This document shows positions 18,422-27,146 of a DNA stretch of 64,000 nt, piece after piece. Position 1 is the stretch's first letter. Each line of letters starts with the position of its first letter. Location: sequence record NC_027399.1. One strand, given 5' to 3'. A model generated the notes under the pieces. It was given only the letters and a program-made list of their open reading frames with translations, was not told the DNA's origin and made no database searches. Both the position numbers and the translations under genes were made by a program.

Positions 18422-18703
18422 ATGAAACAATTAATTCGAAACAATACAAATGAAGAATCCGAAATTCTAGATGATACTGAATTTCTCAGTACTGCATTAG
18501 AACAGATCAGTACTACTGCATTAAATCTCAAAGAAGTTGATGCAACTGATAAATTGCTTGATGGTTTTTCAGATATTCTTGAACTTCTTAGTGAAGTACT
18601 TCTTAAAAATAATATCAATCCAAAAAATGCTTTTATTCATGCAGAAAATCTACGTCAAGAAAAGGGGACTTTTCATGACAAGAAAGCAATTAATAAAGAC
18701 TAA
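18422..18703 (+). CDS. Degenerate MazG-superfamily (COG4997-like) all-alpha protein
   Basis: KQLIRN, FSDILELL and RQEKGTFHDKK resemble KLVRD / ELADLLEV / R..RGGF; the catalytic EExxE is not seen. Confidence 0.45.
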   Translation: MKQLIRNNTNEESEILDDTEFLSTALEQISTTALNLKEVDATDKLLDGFSDILELLSEVLLKNNINPKNAFIHAENLRQEKGTFHDKKAINKD

Positions 18704-18726
18704 CATCAATTAAAAGGAATTAGAAT

Positions 18727-19191
18727 ATGTCACAACAAGAACAATATGAACTAGGTAAAGTATCTTTCAACAACGGTATTGTATATACTCAGGAAGAACT
18801 TAAACAATGTAATCCACTATTTCGTACTGGATATAAGGCTGCACAACAAGCAGCGATGCTACGAAATAACAACATTTTCCCCACTGTACTCTTCGATGTT
18901 CCAAAACGTCCAGAAATTTTCAAACCAACATGGGTTGATATCATGAGTGCAATGAAACGCCCACGATACCATCGCTTACATAGTAATGAAGGCCGTTGGT
19001 TGATGTTTGGTATTGCTAAGCATATTGAAACACGTACAAGTGAAATCAAGCGTTATAAAGACGTGCTCACTATGGTGGATGAAGCATTTGACTATGTTCT
19101 CCAATATGGTTATGATGAAGGTGTATTAACGGCACAGGATTGTGAGCAATATAATTACACACCAAAGCCAGTAATTGCAAATAAAGAATAA
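18727..19191 (+). CDS. Hypothetical protein
   Basis: SD AAGGA; 154 aa. Confidence 0.75.
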   Translation: MSQQEQYELGKVSFNNGIVYTQEELKQCNPLFRTGYKAAQQAAMLRNNNIFPTVLFDVPKRPEIFKPTWVDIMSAMKRPRYHRLHSNEGRWLMFGIAKHIETRTSEIKRYKDVLTMVDEAFDYVLQYGYDEGVLTAQDCEQYNYTPKPVIANKE

Positions 19192-19240
19192 AATAGATCC
19201 AGTACTACACTCTATGTGGTATTTTTGAGGTAATTGTAAT

Positions 19241-19600
19241 ATGCGTAAAATTATTTGTGTTGATATGGATTATTCCGCTGACCCTCTGTGGTTAGGAATT
19301 GAAGATGTAGATGAACCAGAAAGTATTTCATTCATCAATGAATGTTTGACTGATTACGAGGATGTTTTGAGTAATGAAGTACTACACAGTTTAACTCTAT
19401 TCCAATCCACATGGGAAAGTTTTCACAGTTCAAAATACAAATCTGTATTTTCTGCATATTCTTTTCCTGGATCATTCAGTACCAAAGAATACCTGAGTAC
19501 TTTAGCTTTTTTGTGTGCTTCACAAATTAAAAAAGAACACCCAGAATGGCGTGTATTTTATACCTCAATGTATGATTATGAAAGGACTGAATTAAAATGA
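19241..19600 (+). CDS. Hypothetical protein
   Basis: SD GAGGT; DMDYSADPLW. Confidence 0.7.
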   Translation: MRKIICVDMDYSADPLWLGIEDVDEPESISFINECLTDYEDVLSNEVLHSLTLFQSTWESFHSSKYKSVFSAYSFPGSFSTKEYLSTLAFLCASQIKKEHPEWRVFYTSMYDYERTELK

Positions 19601-20145
19601 AATTAAAAAATGCAGATGTAAAAAACATTAGTACTAAAATTGAATACTTGCATAAGCGTAGAATTGAACTTGCATATGAAATTAGTACTAAAGCATATAA
19701 TTTAGTTAAAGGGTTATATGCCGAATATGAAAAAAATTTCAAATATAGTATTTTAAATACACTTCAATTCAAACCACAATCTTTTGATAGTTTTGAGAAA
19801 GATTTGTTTGGTGGTGGAGGATTCTATAGTACCAAAAAGAAAATTGTACTTGATGTAGTTAATCAGACCAATCCAGGTGTTACTAGGGTGATATTTGTTG
19901 ATGCTTTGTGGTTTAAAGTCAAATATACTATAACCAACGAAAAGGATGATGATTTTATTCATCGTGCTGATACAGTAGGTCAAATTTTTGTAGATCACAA
20001 TAAAGACTTTGATTTTTATAAAAAATTCCGTATTATTTCTGAATTGGGTGATATCGTATATGAAGATTCAGATTTATCCCGAATTACACGTTGGGAAAGA
20101 GAGATTGATAATATGGAATCAATTTTAGCGGATTACAATAAATGA
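19597..20145 (+). CDS. Hypothetical protein
   Basis: ATGA overlap. Confidence 0.7.
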   Translation: MKLKNADVKNISTKIEYLHKRRIELAYEISTKAYNLVKGLYAEYEKNFKYSILNTLQFKPQSFDSFEKDLFGGGGFYSTKKKIVLDVVNQTNPGVTRVIFVDALWFKVKYTITNEKDDDFIHRADTVGQIFVDHNKDFDFYKKFRIISELGDIVYEDSDLSRITRWEREIDNMESILADYNK

Positions 20146-20669
20146 TATATCATTTAACTGAAGAACAAAGTACTGAATACTTTAACAATTTAGAAGCGGT
20201 TCTGGACTATCATAAAAAAATTCATACAGATGCATGTAATATTTTAAATTCTTGGTATACTTTTTATAAATTGAATTTTAATAACCTACCGTGGTATATG
20301 AAATTTGGTGTTTTATCATATAAAAAGTTTTTAGCATCTATTGCTAACGATACTGGGTTAGAAATAAGAAATAAAATGTATCAATATGTAACACCACGCA
20401 ATATGTCTGGATGGGTTTATAAATTAAAAATTAATAAAATCCAAAAATTAACTGGTATTGATTTAAGTACCGAAAGTATAAATTTGGTAATTCATGCAAT
20501 GCATTTTGGTTTACAATATGATAGTATGTATGATTTGTATAGAACATTAGAAAAAATAAAAAAATATGGTTCAATTCCATATACTATTGATGAATATGAT
20601 TTGAAAATTTTTGAACATGTATCATTTTTAGTACAACATTATAATATAGAGAAATATAATGAAGCATAA
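20142..20669 (+). CDS. Hypothetical protein
   Basis: ATGA overlap. Confidence 0.7.
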   Translation: MIYHLTEEQSTEYFNNLEAVLDYHKKIHTDACNILNSWYTFYKLNFNNLPWYMKFGVLSYKKFLASIANDTGLEIRNKMYQYVTPRNMSGWVYKLKINKIQKLTGIDLSTESINLVIHAMHFGLQYDSMYDLYRTLEKIKKYGSIPYTIDEYDLKIFEHVSFLVQHYNIEKYNEA

Positions 20670-21129
20670 AACATGGTTAAATATTGCTAAAGCGGTTGCC
20701 GAGGAAAGTAAATGTATTTCACACAAAGTTGGTGCAGTAATTGTAAAGAATAACAGGATTCTCAGTACTGGGTATAATGGTACAAGTTCTGGAGCAGTTA
20801 ATTGTTGTGATGCGAATAGTCATTTAATTCATAATAATGAATTTCAAAATTGGGTATCAGATGAAGCTAAACATGAACATCATGAGTGGAGTAATATTCA
20901 TGAAATTCACGCAGAAATGAATGCTTTATTATATAGCTCTCCACAAGAACGACAGGGTGCAACTCTTTATAGTACAATGCAACCCTGCTATACCTGTTCT
21001 AAATTAATTGCAGGGAGTGGTATTACTAATGTAATTTATGAAAAAGAATACCCACGTACACCACCCGAAGCAATTGAAGTTTTAAAAGATGCTGGTATTA
21101 CAGTTAATAAATTATCAGATTTGGAATAA
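20659..21129 (+). CDS. dCMP deaminase
   Basis: SKC....VGAVIV, STGYNG, HAEMNAL and PCYTC. Confidence 0.92.
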   Translation: MKHKTWLNIAKAVAEESKCISHKVGAVIVKNNRILSTGYNGTSSGAVNCCDANSHLIHNNEFQNWVSDEAKHEHHEWSNIHEIHAEMNALLYSSPQERQGATLYSTMQPCYTCSKLIAGSGITNVIYEKEYPRTPPEAIEVLKDAGITVNKLSDLE

Positions 21130-21196
21130 TTATTTTAACATAATAAATGCACTTTTGGATTATATACAATTAGTATCTTTTGAGTTAAAATAATAC

Positions 21197-21230
21197 AAAA
21201 AAGGAGAACTATAAAGTTCTCCTTAATTTT
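21197..21230. terminator. Bidirectional terminator between convergent genes
   Basis: AAGGAGAACT-ataa-AGTTCTCCTT with A/T flanks. Confidence 0.8.
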
Positions 21231-21234
21231 TAAA

Positions 21235-21873
21235 TTATTCTACTGTGACTTCAACAGTATCAGTTTTGTTTCCATCATTGGTGGTTACAGTTATAGTTGC
21301 AGTACCAGCAGCTACATATGAAACTAGTCCAGTACTATCTACAGTACAAACACCCACTGCACTGGAAGACCATGTAACAGATTTATCGGTTGCATCCAAT
21401 GGTAGTACTGAAACGCTTAGTTGCTCGGTACCACCGACTGCACCAGTAAGAGTTTTTGGTGAAACAGTAACGCTTTCTACATGAACGACTGGTGGTTTTA
21501 CGTTAGTGCGTCTAAAGATAAATCCACCATTATCCAACTTGACTTTGTTGAGTTGGTAGAGTATACTGAATCCCTCGACACCGGTTTTTGGGTCAGATTC
21601 TTTGATACAAAAGGTATTTACTGCTAGTGAATCAGCAATATCTTCGTCAGCATCGGAATATTTTAGTGCTACCAGATTTGAATCGCGGTGAACTAGTCTA
21701 ATAAATGTATAAACAGTTCCATCTGTGGAAATCAAATCATACACATCAAAAGTTCTTTGTTTGTATACAAATAGGTCGCCAACATGAACTGTACCATTAA
21801 CATTTGCCGCAGTGACTTTCAATCCATCAACAACAAACGGATAATGGTTTTGTTTTGCGATAACACGTGCCAT
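21235..21873 (-). CDS. Virion-type protein with a C-terminal Ig-like (Big_2) domain
   Basis: VESVTVSP....GAVGGTEQLSVSVLP.DATDKSVTWSSS...TVDSTGLV...GTATITVTT; SD GGAGA. Confidence 0.85.
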   Translation of the reverse strand: MARVIAKQNHYPFVVDGLKVTAANVNGTVHVGDLFVYKQRTFDVYDLISTDGTVYTFIRLVHRDSNLVALKYSDADEDIADSLAVNTFCIKESDPKTGVEGFSILYQLNKVKLDNGGFIFRRTNVKPPVVHVESVTVSPKTLTGAVGGTEQLSVSVLPLDATDKSVTWSSSAVGVCTVDSTGLVSYVAAGTATITVTTNDGNKTDTVEVTVE

Positions 21874-21972
21874 TATTTTCTCCCTTTTATAAAAACTTGT
21901 AAACGTTATTAAATTTATGTTTATTATAAAATTTTATATAACCTTACTATTATTTACCAATTTAGAGGAAAT

Positions 21973-22569
21973 ATGTTTATTGTACTAAAAGAATTTTTAT
22001 ATAATACATTAATTGCTTTTTCACTTATTTTCCCATCACATGATATTCAACAGAATGTAACTGTAAACGATAGTAACGTGTTAATTTTTAATACTAAAAT
22101 AAACGACGAATCAGTACAAAGAGCGGAAACATTATATAAGAAATATAAGTACAAAACCATTTCTATTACCTCACCTGGAGGTGATGTGAATTCTGGTTTT
22201 GAATTAGCAGTCTTTGCTTCTGACCATAATATTAAAGTTAATGTACCGAAGTACTGTGCAAGTGCATGTACAGTTATATTTTTTGCTGCTGATAAACAAA
22301 ACAGAGTTATGGATAAAGATGCTATTATTGCTATTCATAATGTTTCGGTTGTGGCTAATAATGATATTTCTGGTAATGAAACCATATCTATCAATACTGC
22401 CATGGATTTAATGAAAGATACATCAGAAATTGTAGCAGCTATGTATAGTTTATATGCATATGTTGGTATTCCAGGTGAAATCCTGATGAGAACAAGCACT
22501 ATGCACGGAGCTGATTCTTATCAAATAACAAAAAAACAACTCCAAATGTGGGGCATTTTAGAAAAATAA
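21973..22569 (+). CDS. ClpP/crotonase-fold protein with a hydrophobic N-terminus
   Basis: ITSPGGDV, CASACTVIF and AIIAIHN motifs. Confidence 0.7.
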   Translation: MFIVLKEFLYNTLIAFSLIFPSHDIQQNVTVNDSNVLIFNTKINDESVQRAETLYKKYKYKTISITSPGGDVNSGFELAVFASDHNIKVNVPKYCASACTVIFFAADKQNRVMDKDAIIAIHNVSVVANNDISGNETISINTAMDLMKDTSEIVAAMYSLYAYVGIPGEILMRTSTMHGADSYQITKKQLQMWGILEK

Positions 22570-22591
22570 ATCTGTACAAGAATATCATTTG

Positions 22592-22656
22592 TGATATAAT
22601 AATTAAACAGAGAGTGATGTAGCTCTCTTTTATATAGCTTAGGGAGTACTAAGACA
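22592..22656 (+). promoter_or_regulatory. Extended -10 promoter plus two-hairpin leader with the SD in a loop
   Basis: TGaTATAAT(22592-22600); AGAGAG/CTCTCT; CTTAG-GGAGTA-CTAAG. Confidence 0.7.
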
Positions 22657-23721
22657 ATGAAAGAAAAAGTTTATGTATATATTGGACGTTTCCAAATTCC
22701 ACATATTGGTCATGAAGAAGTCCTCAAACATGCGATCAAAATTGCAGATCGTGTTATCATTCAGGTCGGTTCAAGTGAACTGGCTCGTGATCCAAAAAAT
22801 CCATTCACGTTTGAAGAACGTAAGTCAGTACTAGAAGAAATTACAAAACGTGTAGCTCAAGATGAATGGAATAAAGGTCGAACTGTTAAAATCGATATTA
22901 TGCCATTACATGATTATGTATATGATAATAATGCATGGCTAAAAGAAGTACAGGATAATGTTAAAACATGTACTTCAAGTAATGATATTACTATTACCGG
23001 TTGTCGTAAAAATGGTGATACTAGTACTGAATATCTTAACTATTTTCCTCAATGGAAAAATGACTTCATTAACGAAGTACAAAGTAATGCAAAGGGTACT
23101 ATTAGTAGTACTGAACTACGCGAAGCTTTCTTTGTCTCTGGTAAAGTTCCAACTGAATTTGTTTCAAAAGAAACAACAGAATTTCTAGAAAATTTTGTCA
23201 GTACTAAACCGGATGTATTCGATAATCTTATTAAAGAATATGAATTCATTAATCGTTATATTGAACAAATGAAAGAAGCACTACCTTATGATATTCCATT
23301 TTTAACAGCAGATAACATCGTCGTCAGTTGTGGTCACGTTCTTCTTATTCGTAGAAGAACATATCCAGGAAAAGGATTATTAGCTATGCCGGGTGGATAT
23401 TTTCAATGTTGGGATGATAAAGACCAGATTGATACTGCAATTCGTGAATTAAAAGAAGAAACTAAAATCGATGTACCTGAAAAAGTGCTTCGTGGTAATA
23501 TTGTTAGTGCAACAGACTTTACTGACATGAATAGAAGTCTTCGCTGGCGAATTCTAACTAAAGCTGTTCATATTCAATTACCTGACGTCACTCTACCTAA
23601 AGTTAAAGGAAGTGATGATGCAGAAAAAGCTCAGTGGATTCCACTAAGCGATGTAGAAAAATATCGTGATCAGTTCTTTGAGGACCATTATTCTATTTTG
23701 GCTTCAGTACTGAAACTATAA
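22657..23721 (+). CDS. nadM: Bifunctional NMN adenylyltransferase / ADP-ribose pyrophosphatase (NadM-Nudix, NatV-like)
   Basis: GRFQIPHIGH (HxGH), NPFTFEER, ISSTELR, Nudix box GG.....D......AIRELKEET and FFEDH. Confidence 0.92.
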   Translation: MKEKVYVYIGRFQIPHIGHEEVLKHAIKIADRVIIQVGSSELARDPKNPFTFEERKSVLEEITKRVAQDEWNKGRTVKIDIMPLHDYVYDNNAWLKEVQDNVKTCTSSNDITITGCRKNGDTSTEYLNYFPQWKNDFINEVQSNAKGTISSTELREAFFVSGKVPTEFVSKETTEFLENFVSTKPDVFDNLIKEYEFINRYIEQMKEALPYDIPFLTADNIVVSCGHVLLIRRRTYPGKGLLAMPGGYFQCWDDKDQIDTAIRELKEETKIDVPEKVLRGNIVSATDFTDMNRSLRWRILTKAVHIQLPDVTLPKVKGSDDAEKAQWIPLSDVEKYRDQFFEDHYSILASVLKL

Positions 23722-23750
23722 AGAATTATTACACAGAGTAATAATAAATC

Positions 23751-23796
23751 AGAGAACGTAGTAGTTCTCTAACTTAAACTAAGGGAGTCTTAGAAA
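23751..23796 (+). promoter_or_regulatory. Two-hairpin leader with the SD in a loop
   Basis: AGAGAAC/GTTCTCT; CTAAG-GGAGT-CTTAG. Confidence 0.7.
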
Positions 23797-25269
23797 ATGA
23801 AAAACGTAAATCCAAATGTAAACTTTATTTTAAACTGCGACAGCTATAAGATTCAACACAGAAAAATGCTCAAAAAGCATGTTGATGGTTATTACAGTAC
23901 TATTGTACCTCGTAAAAGCTCTCCACATAGCAACCATGTAGTTGTGGCTGGTTTGCAATACACAATTAATACCTATATCAATATTCAGATTACCAAAGAA
24001 GATGTTGATGAAGCTGAAATTGAAATTCGTGAACAAGGTTCACGTTTTGATAGAACTATTTGGGATAAAATCGTCAATGAGTTTGGTGGTAAAGTTCCAG
24101 TAAAAATTAGTGCTATTAAAGAAGGTACAGTTGTTCCAGTTCAATCAGTAGTTTGTGTTGTTGAAGCTAAAGATGAGTTTGCATTTTTGGCTAGTTATAT
24201 TGAAACTTGTATTCAACGTGGTGTATGGTATAGCAGTACTGTAGCATCTGAATGTCGTGCAATGAAAAAAATTCTTGCTGATGTAATGCAACGTCATGCT
24301 GGTCATAAGAATGTAGATTATCATTTCCACAACTTTGGAGATCGTAGTGCAACTTGTTTTGAACATGCATATGTAGCTGGTATGGCACATGCAATTATGT
24401 TCAATGGTTCGGATAGTTTAACTTCAAATCGTTATATTAAAGCTCACTATAATACTACCAAAGCGTATCTGAGTTCAGTTGACGCTACTGAACATAGCGT
24501 TATGTGCAGTAATAGTGATGCTGAACATCGCAATGATTATGGTGCAGCAGTAATGGCGGTAGATCATTGGGAAGAACAAGTTACAATGTGGGAAGAAGAT
24601 GGATTAGGTGTACCAGTAACTTCATGTGTTATTGATACTTATAATGATTATCGCTTTGTCCGTGACTTTATCGGTACTAAATTAAAAGACCGTATTGTTG
24701 AAATTGGCAAACGAGGTGGTCGCTTTGTTCTTCGTCCTGATTCACGAATTCCTAAAGAAATTTGTATTGATGTAATCGAAATTCTAATGGAAAAGTTTGG
24801 TTATACTATTAACGAACATGGTTACAAAGTACTACCACCATATATTGGAGTAATTCAAGGTGATGGTGTTAATTTCGATAGTATTCATGAAATTCTAGAT
24901 ATTCTTGATGAAAAGAAATTATCCCTTGAAAACATTGTATTTGGTTGTGGTACCAAATTGGTTAACCCTGAACGTGGTCGTGATCTTTATAGTTGGTCAA
25001 TGAAAGGTACTGCACAACATGTCGAAGATGAACGTGAATGGCAAGACCTATTCAAAGATCCAGCAGGTGAACCAGGCAAACGTTCACATAAAGGGCGTGT
25101 AGTAACCTGGAAATGTAAAGTATCTGGTAAGATTTTTGTTGATCGTGATGATCTTGATAAAATTAATCATTTCATTGAAAATCTACTTGTACCAATGTAT
25201 GACTGCGGTAAAATTATGAATTTCAGTACTTTTGATGAAGTTCGTGAGCGTGCTAACGCAGGTATCTAA
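23797..25269 (+). CDS. nadV: Nicotinamide phosphoribosyltransferase
   Basis: DSYK..H, HNFGDR, ATEHSVM, DTY, LRPDS, IQGDGV and FGCG. Confidence 0.92.
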   Translation: MKNVNPNVNFILNCDSYKIQHRKMLKKHVDGYYSTIVPRKSSPHSNHVVVAGLQYTINTYINIQITKEDVDEAEIEIREQGSRFDRTIWDKIVNEFGGKVPVKISAIKEGTVVPVQSVVCVVEAKDEFAFLASYIETCIQRGVWYSSTVASECRAMKKILADVMQRHAGHKNVDYHFHNFGDRSATCFEHAYVAGMAHAIMFNGSDSLTSNRYIKAHYNTTKAYLSSVDATEHSVMCSNSDAEHRNDYGAAVMAVDHWEEQVTMWEEDGLGVPVTSCVIDTYNDYRFVRDFIGTKLKDRIVEIGKRGGRFVLRPDSRIPKEICIDVIEILMEKFGYTINEHGYKVLPPYIGVIQGDGVNFDSIHEILDILDEKKLSLENIVFGCGTKLVNPERGRDLYSWSMKGTAQHVEDEREWQDLFKDPAGEPGKRSHKGRVVTWKCKVSGKIFVDRDDLDKINHFIENLLVPMYDCGKIMNFSTFDEVRERANAGI

Positions 25270-25276
25270 TATATTT

Positions 25277-25307
25277 TGGAGAGTCATTATGGCTCTCCAT
25301 TCTTTTT
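25277..25307 (+). terminator. Rho-independent terminator
   Basis: TGGAGAG...CTCTCCA followed by a T-rich tail. Confidence 0.75.
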
Positions 25308-25332
25308 AATTAAAGTAATAAAGGTATATAAT

Positions 25333-25509
25333 GTGCTTATTGGTTTTAAAATAGTTATTATCTTCTTTATATGGTTTATTACATATCAAATAATTGAAGA
25401 AATCAGTACTAAATTCTCTTCAAATAATTTCTTAGTAGACGTTTGTTTATTATCCATTGCGGTACTGGGATTTTTGATCATACCGGTTATATTTTCATAT
25501 TTTATATGA
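25333..25509 (+). CDS. Small two-TM membrane protein (GTG start)
   Basis: SD AAGGT; hydrophobic segments. Confidence 0.5.
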   Translation: MLIGFKIVIIFFIWFITYQIIEEISTKFSSNNFLVDVCLLSIAVLGFLIIPVIFSYFI

Positions 25510-25515
25510 AAAATG

Positions 25516-25544
25516 TTGACATTTTTTTCTTCATAAGATATAGT
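25516..25544 (+). promoter_or_regulatory. Sigma70-type promoter
   Basis: TTGACA-17-TATAGT. Confidence 0.8.
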
Positions 25545-25577
25545 ATAGATATTAACAATTAATAACGGATATCAAAA

Positions 25578-25844
25578 ATGTTCCAACATCTTTTGGATTT
25601 TTTCTGTACTGTAAACATTGAAAAACAAGCTAAGTTCATTATTGTAGAACTGGTCTGGTTTTACTTAGGTGGCCTGGTAATTACACTGTGTGCATTTTTA
25701 CATAGTGATATTAATCTTGGTATTTCCTATGCAAAAAGTGAGAATAAACCATCATTACTACTCAAGTTTATTAGATGTTTATTGTACTTAGCGTATATCT
25801 TATATATTGTTGGATTTTTTGGTGTATATTATGTAATTCATTAG
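25578..25844 (+). CDS. Small two-TM membrane protein
   Basis: Two hydrophobic helices. Confidence 0.7.
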   Translation: MFQHLLDFFCTVNIEKQAKFIIVELVWFYLGGLVITLCAFLHSDINLGISYAKSENKPSLLLKFIRCLLYLAYILYIVGFFGVYYVIH

Positions 25845-25854
25845 GAATTAATCG

Positions 25855-26592
25855 ATGATTAGTACTAAATTCATTAAAAAAGCTGGTGATAAAAGATTAC
25901 TAATCATTTCTGGAAATGGATTGTCAATGGATAGTGGTTTTGACTTATATGACATTCCTGATAATTTTCAGATAAATGATGTATGTAATATTGCCAGTTT
26001 AGGTACAAAATATCACGTAGTTCATTCTTATTATAATACTCTTAGAGTTAAATTAAAAGATATTGAACCAAACGAAATGCATTACTATATTAAATCATTA
26101 CAAGATGAGTATGGTGATAACTTTTTACACATGACCAGTAATGTAGATGATTTATATACAAGAATTGGTGGCACTGAATTAAAATTACATGGTAATATTA
26201 AAGAGGTTATAGAAAACTACACCGCTGATGGTTCTGAAATAGAAATAAAAGAATTAGGTTATGAACCATATATTCCATGTAGTGGTATTTTTTCTAAACC
26301 AGGTGTTACATTAATTGGTGAGTTCCATAGTTATTTTTATGGATATAAAATCCCAATTTATGAAGAACGAAATGAAATACTAAAATCATTAAATGAAAAT
26401 GATACTGTAGTAGTAATTGGAAGTTCTGATTCAGTACTGAAATGGAGCCATTTAATAAATGAGAAATGTTACACAGTACTAATCAATATAAGAAAAAATG
26501 AAAACGATCATCGTTTCAATGAACGAATTTATAAATCTTGTTCCAAATCTGTATTAGATTTATCTGGAATAATTTCAAAAAGGATGGTATAG
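25855..26592 (+). CDS. Divergent Sir2/sirtuin-family protein
   Basis: ISGNGLSMDSG, TSNVDDL, KLHG, KPGVTLIGE and VIGSS. Confidence 0.78.
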   Translation: MISTKFIKKAGDKRLLIISGNGLSMDSGFDLYDIPDNFQINDVCNIASLGTKYHVVHSYYNTLRVKLKDIEPNEMHYYIKSLQDEYGDNFLHMTSNVDDLYTRIGGTELKLHGNIKEVIENYTADGSEIEIKELGYEPYIPCSGIFSKPGVTLIGEFHSYFYGYKIPIYEERNEILKSLNENDTVVVIGSSDSVLKWSHLINEKCYTVLINIRKNENDHRFNERIYKSCSKSVLDLSGIISKRMV

Positions 26593-27146
26593 TGGAAAAA
26601 ATTGATTTCGGTACAAGAAGTACCAGAGCCGATTTTGCTTTTTGTTGGATTTTTGCCCGAGATTGTACTCCATACTCTGGATATGATGATCAACTTGGAA
26701 TTGATAAAGTAAATTTAGTACTAGCACAATTACGTTTTGATGGTTGCATTGGGGCGTGTGGTGGTATGGTGGAAAGTGATGATAATTCATTAGAAGAAGC
26801 TGTACAGCGTGAAGTACTGGAAGAAATTGGTTATACTGTTGATTTAACACATTTAAAACCACTTCTAAGCTTGCGTTTACCATCAGGCAGCCATTGCCAT
26901 AGCTATAGTTATGAAGTTGATTACAATGAATTACAAAGCATTAGAGATGGTGCTTATAGAGGAATACATTTCAATCCAGAATGTGCTGGTGTGAATCTTT
27001 TACATATTTCAAGATACACAAAAGGTTATGGAAACGAATGTGGATATAATGTATTATTAGAACAACACTGGAGTGGTACATCAAAAGAAGAATTTATGTA
27101 CCTTGTAGAGACAGAAAATCTATTAATTAGTTATTTGAAGGAATGA
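26592..27146 (+). CDS. Nudix hydrolase resembling the NUDT16 family
   Basis: QLRFDGCIGACGGMVESDDNSLEEAVQREVLEEIG; the GTG start overlaps the sirtuin TAG, with SD AAGGA. Confidence 0.8.
   Translation: MEKIDFGTRSTRADFAFCWIFARDCTPYSGYDDQLGIDKVNLVLAQLRFDGCIGACGGMVESDDNSLEEAVQREVLEEIGYTVDLTHLKPLLSLRLPSGSHCHSYSYEVDYNELQSIRDGAYRGIHFNPECAGVNLLHISRYTKGYGNECGYNVLLEQHWSGTSKEEFMYLVETENLLISYLKE

Noticed and set aside
26538-26591. Longer Nudix start given in the ORF track
   Set aside because: It would overlap the sirtuin by 55 nt; GTG 26592 has an SD and stop-start coupling.
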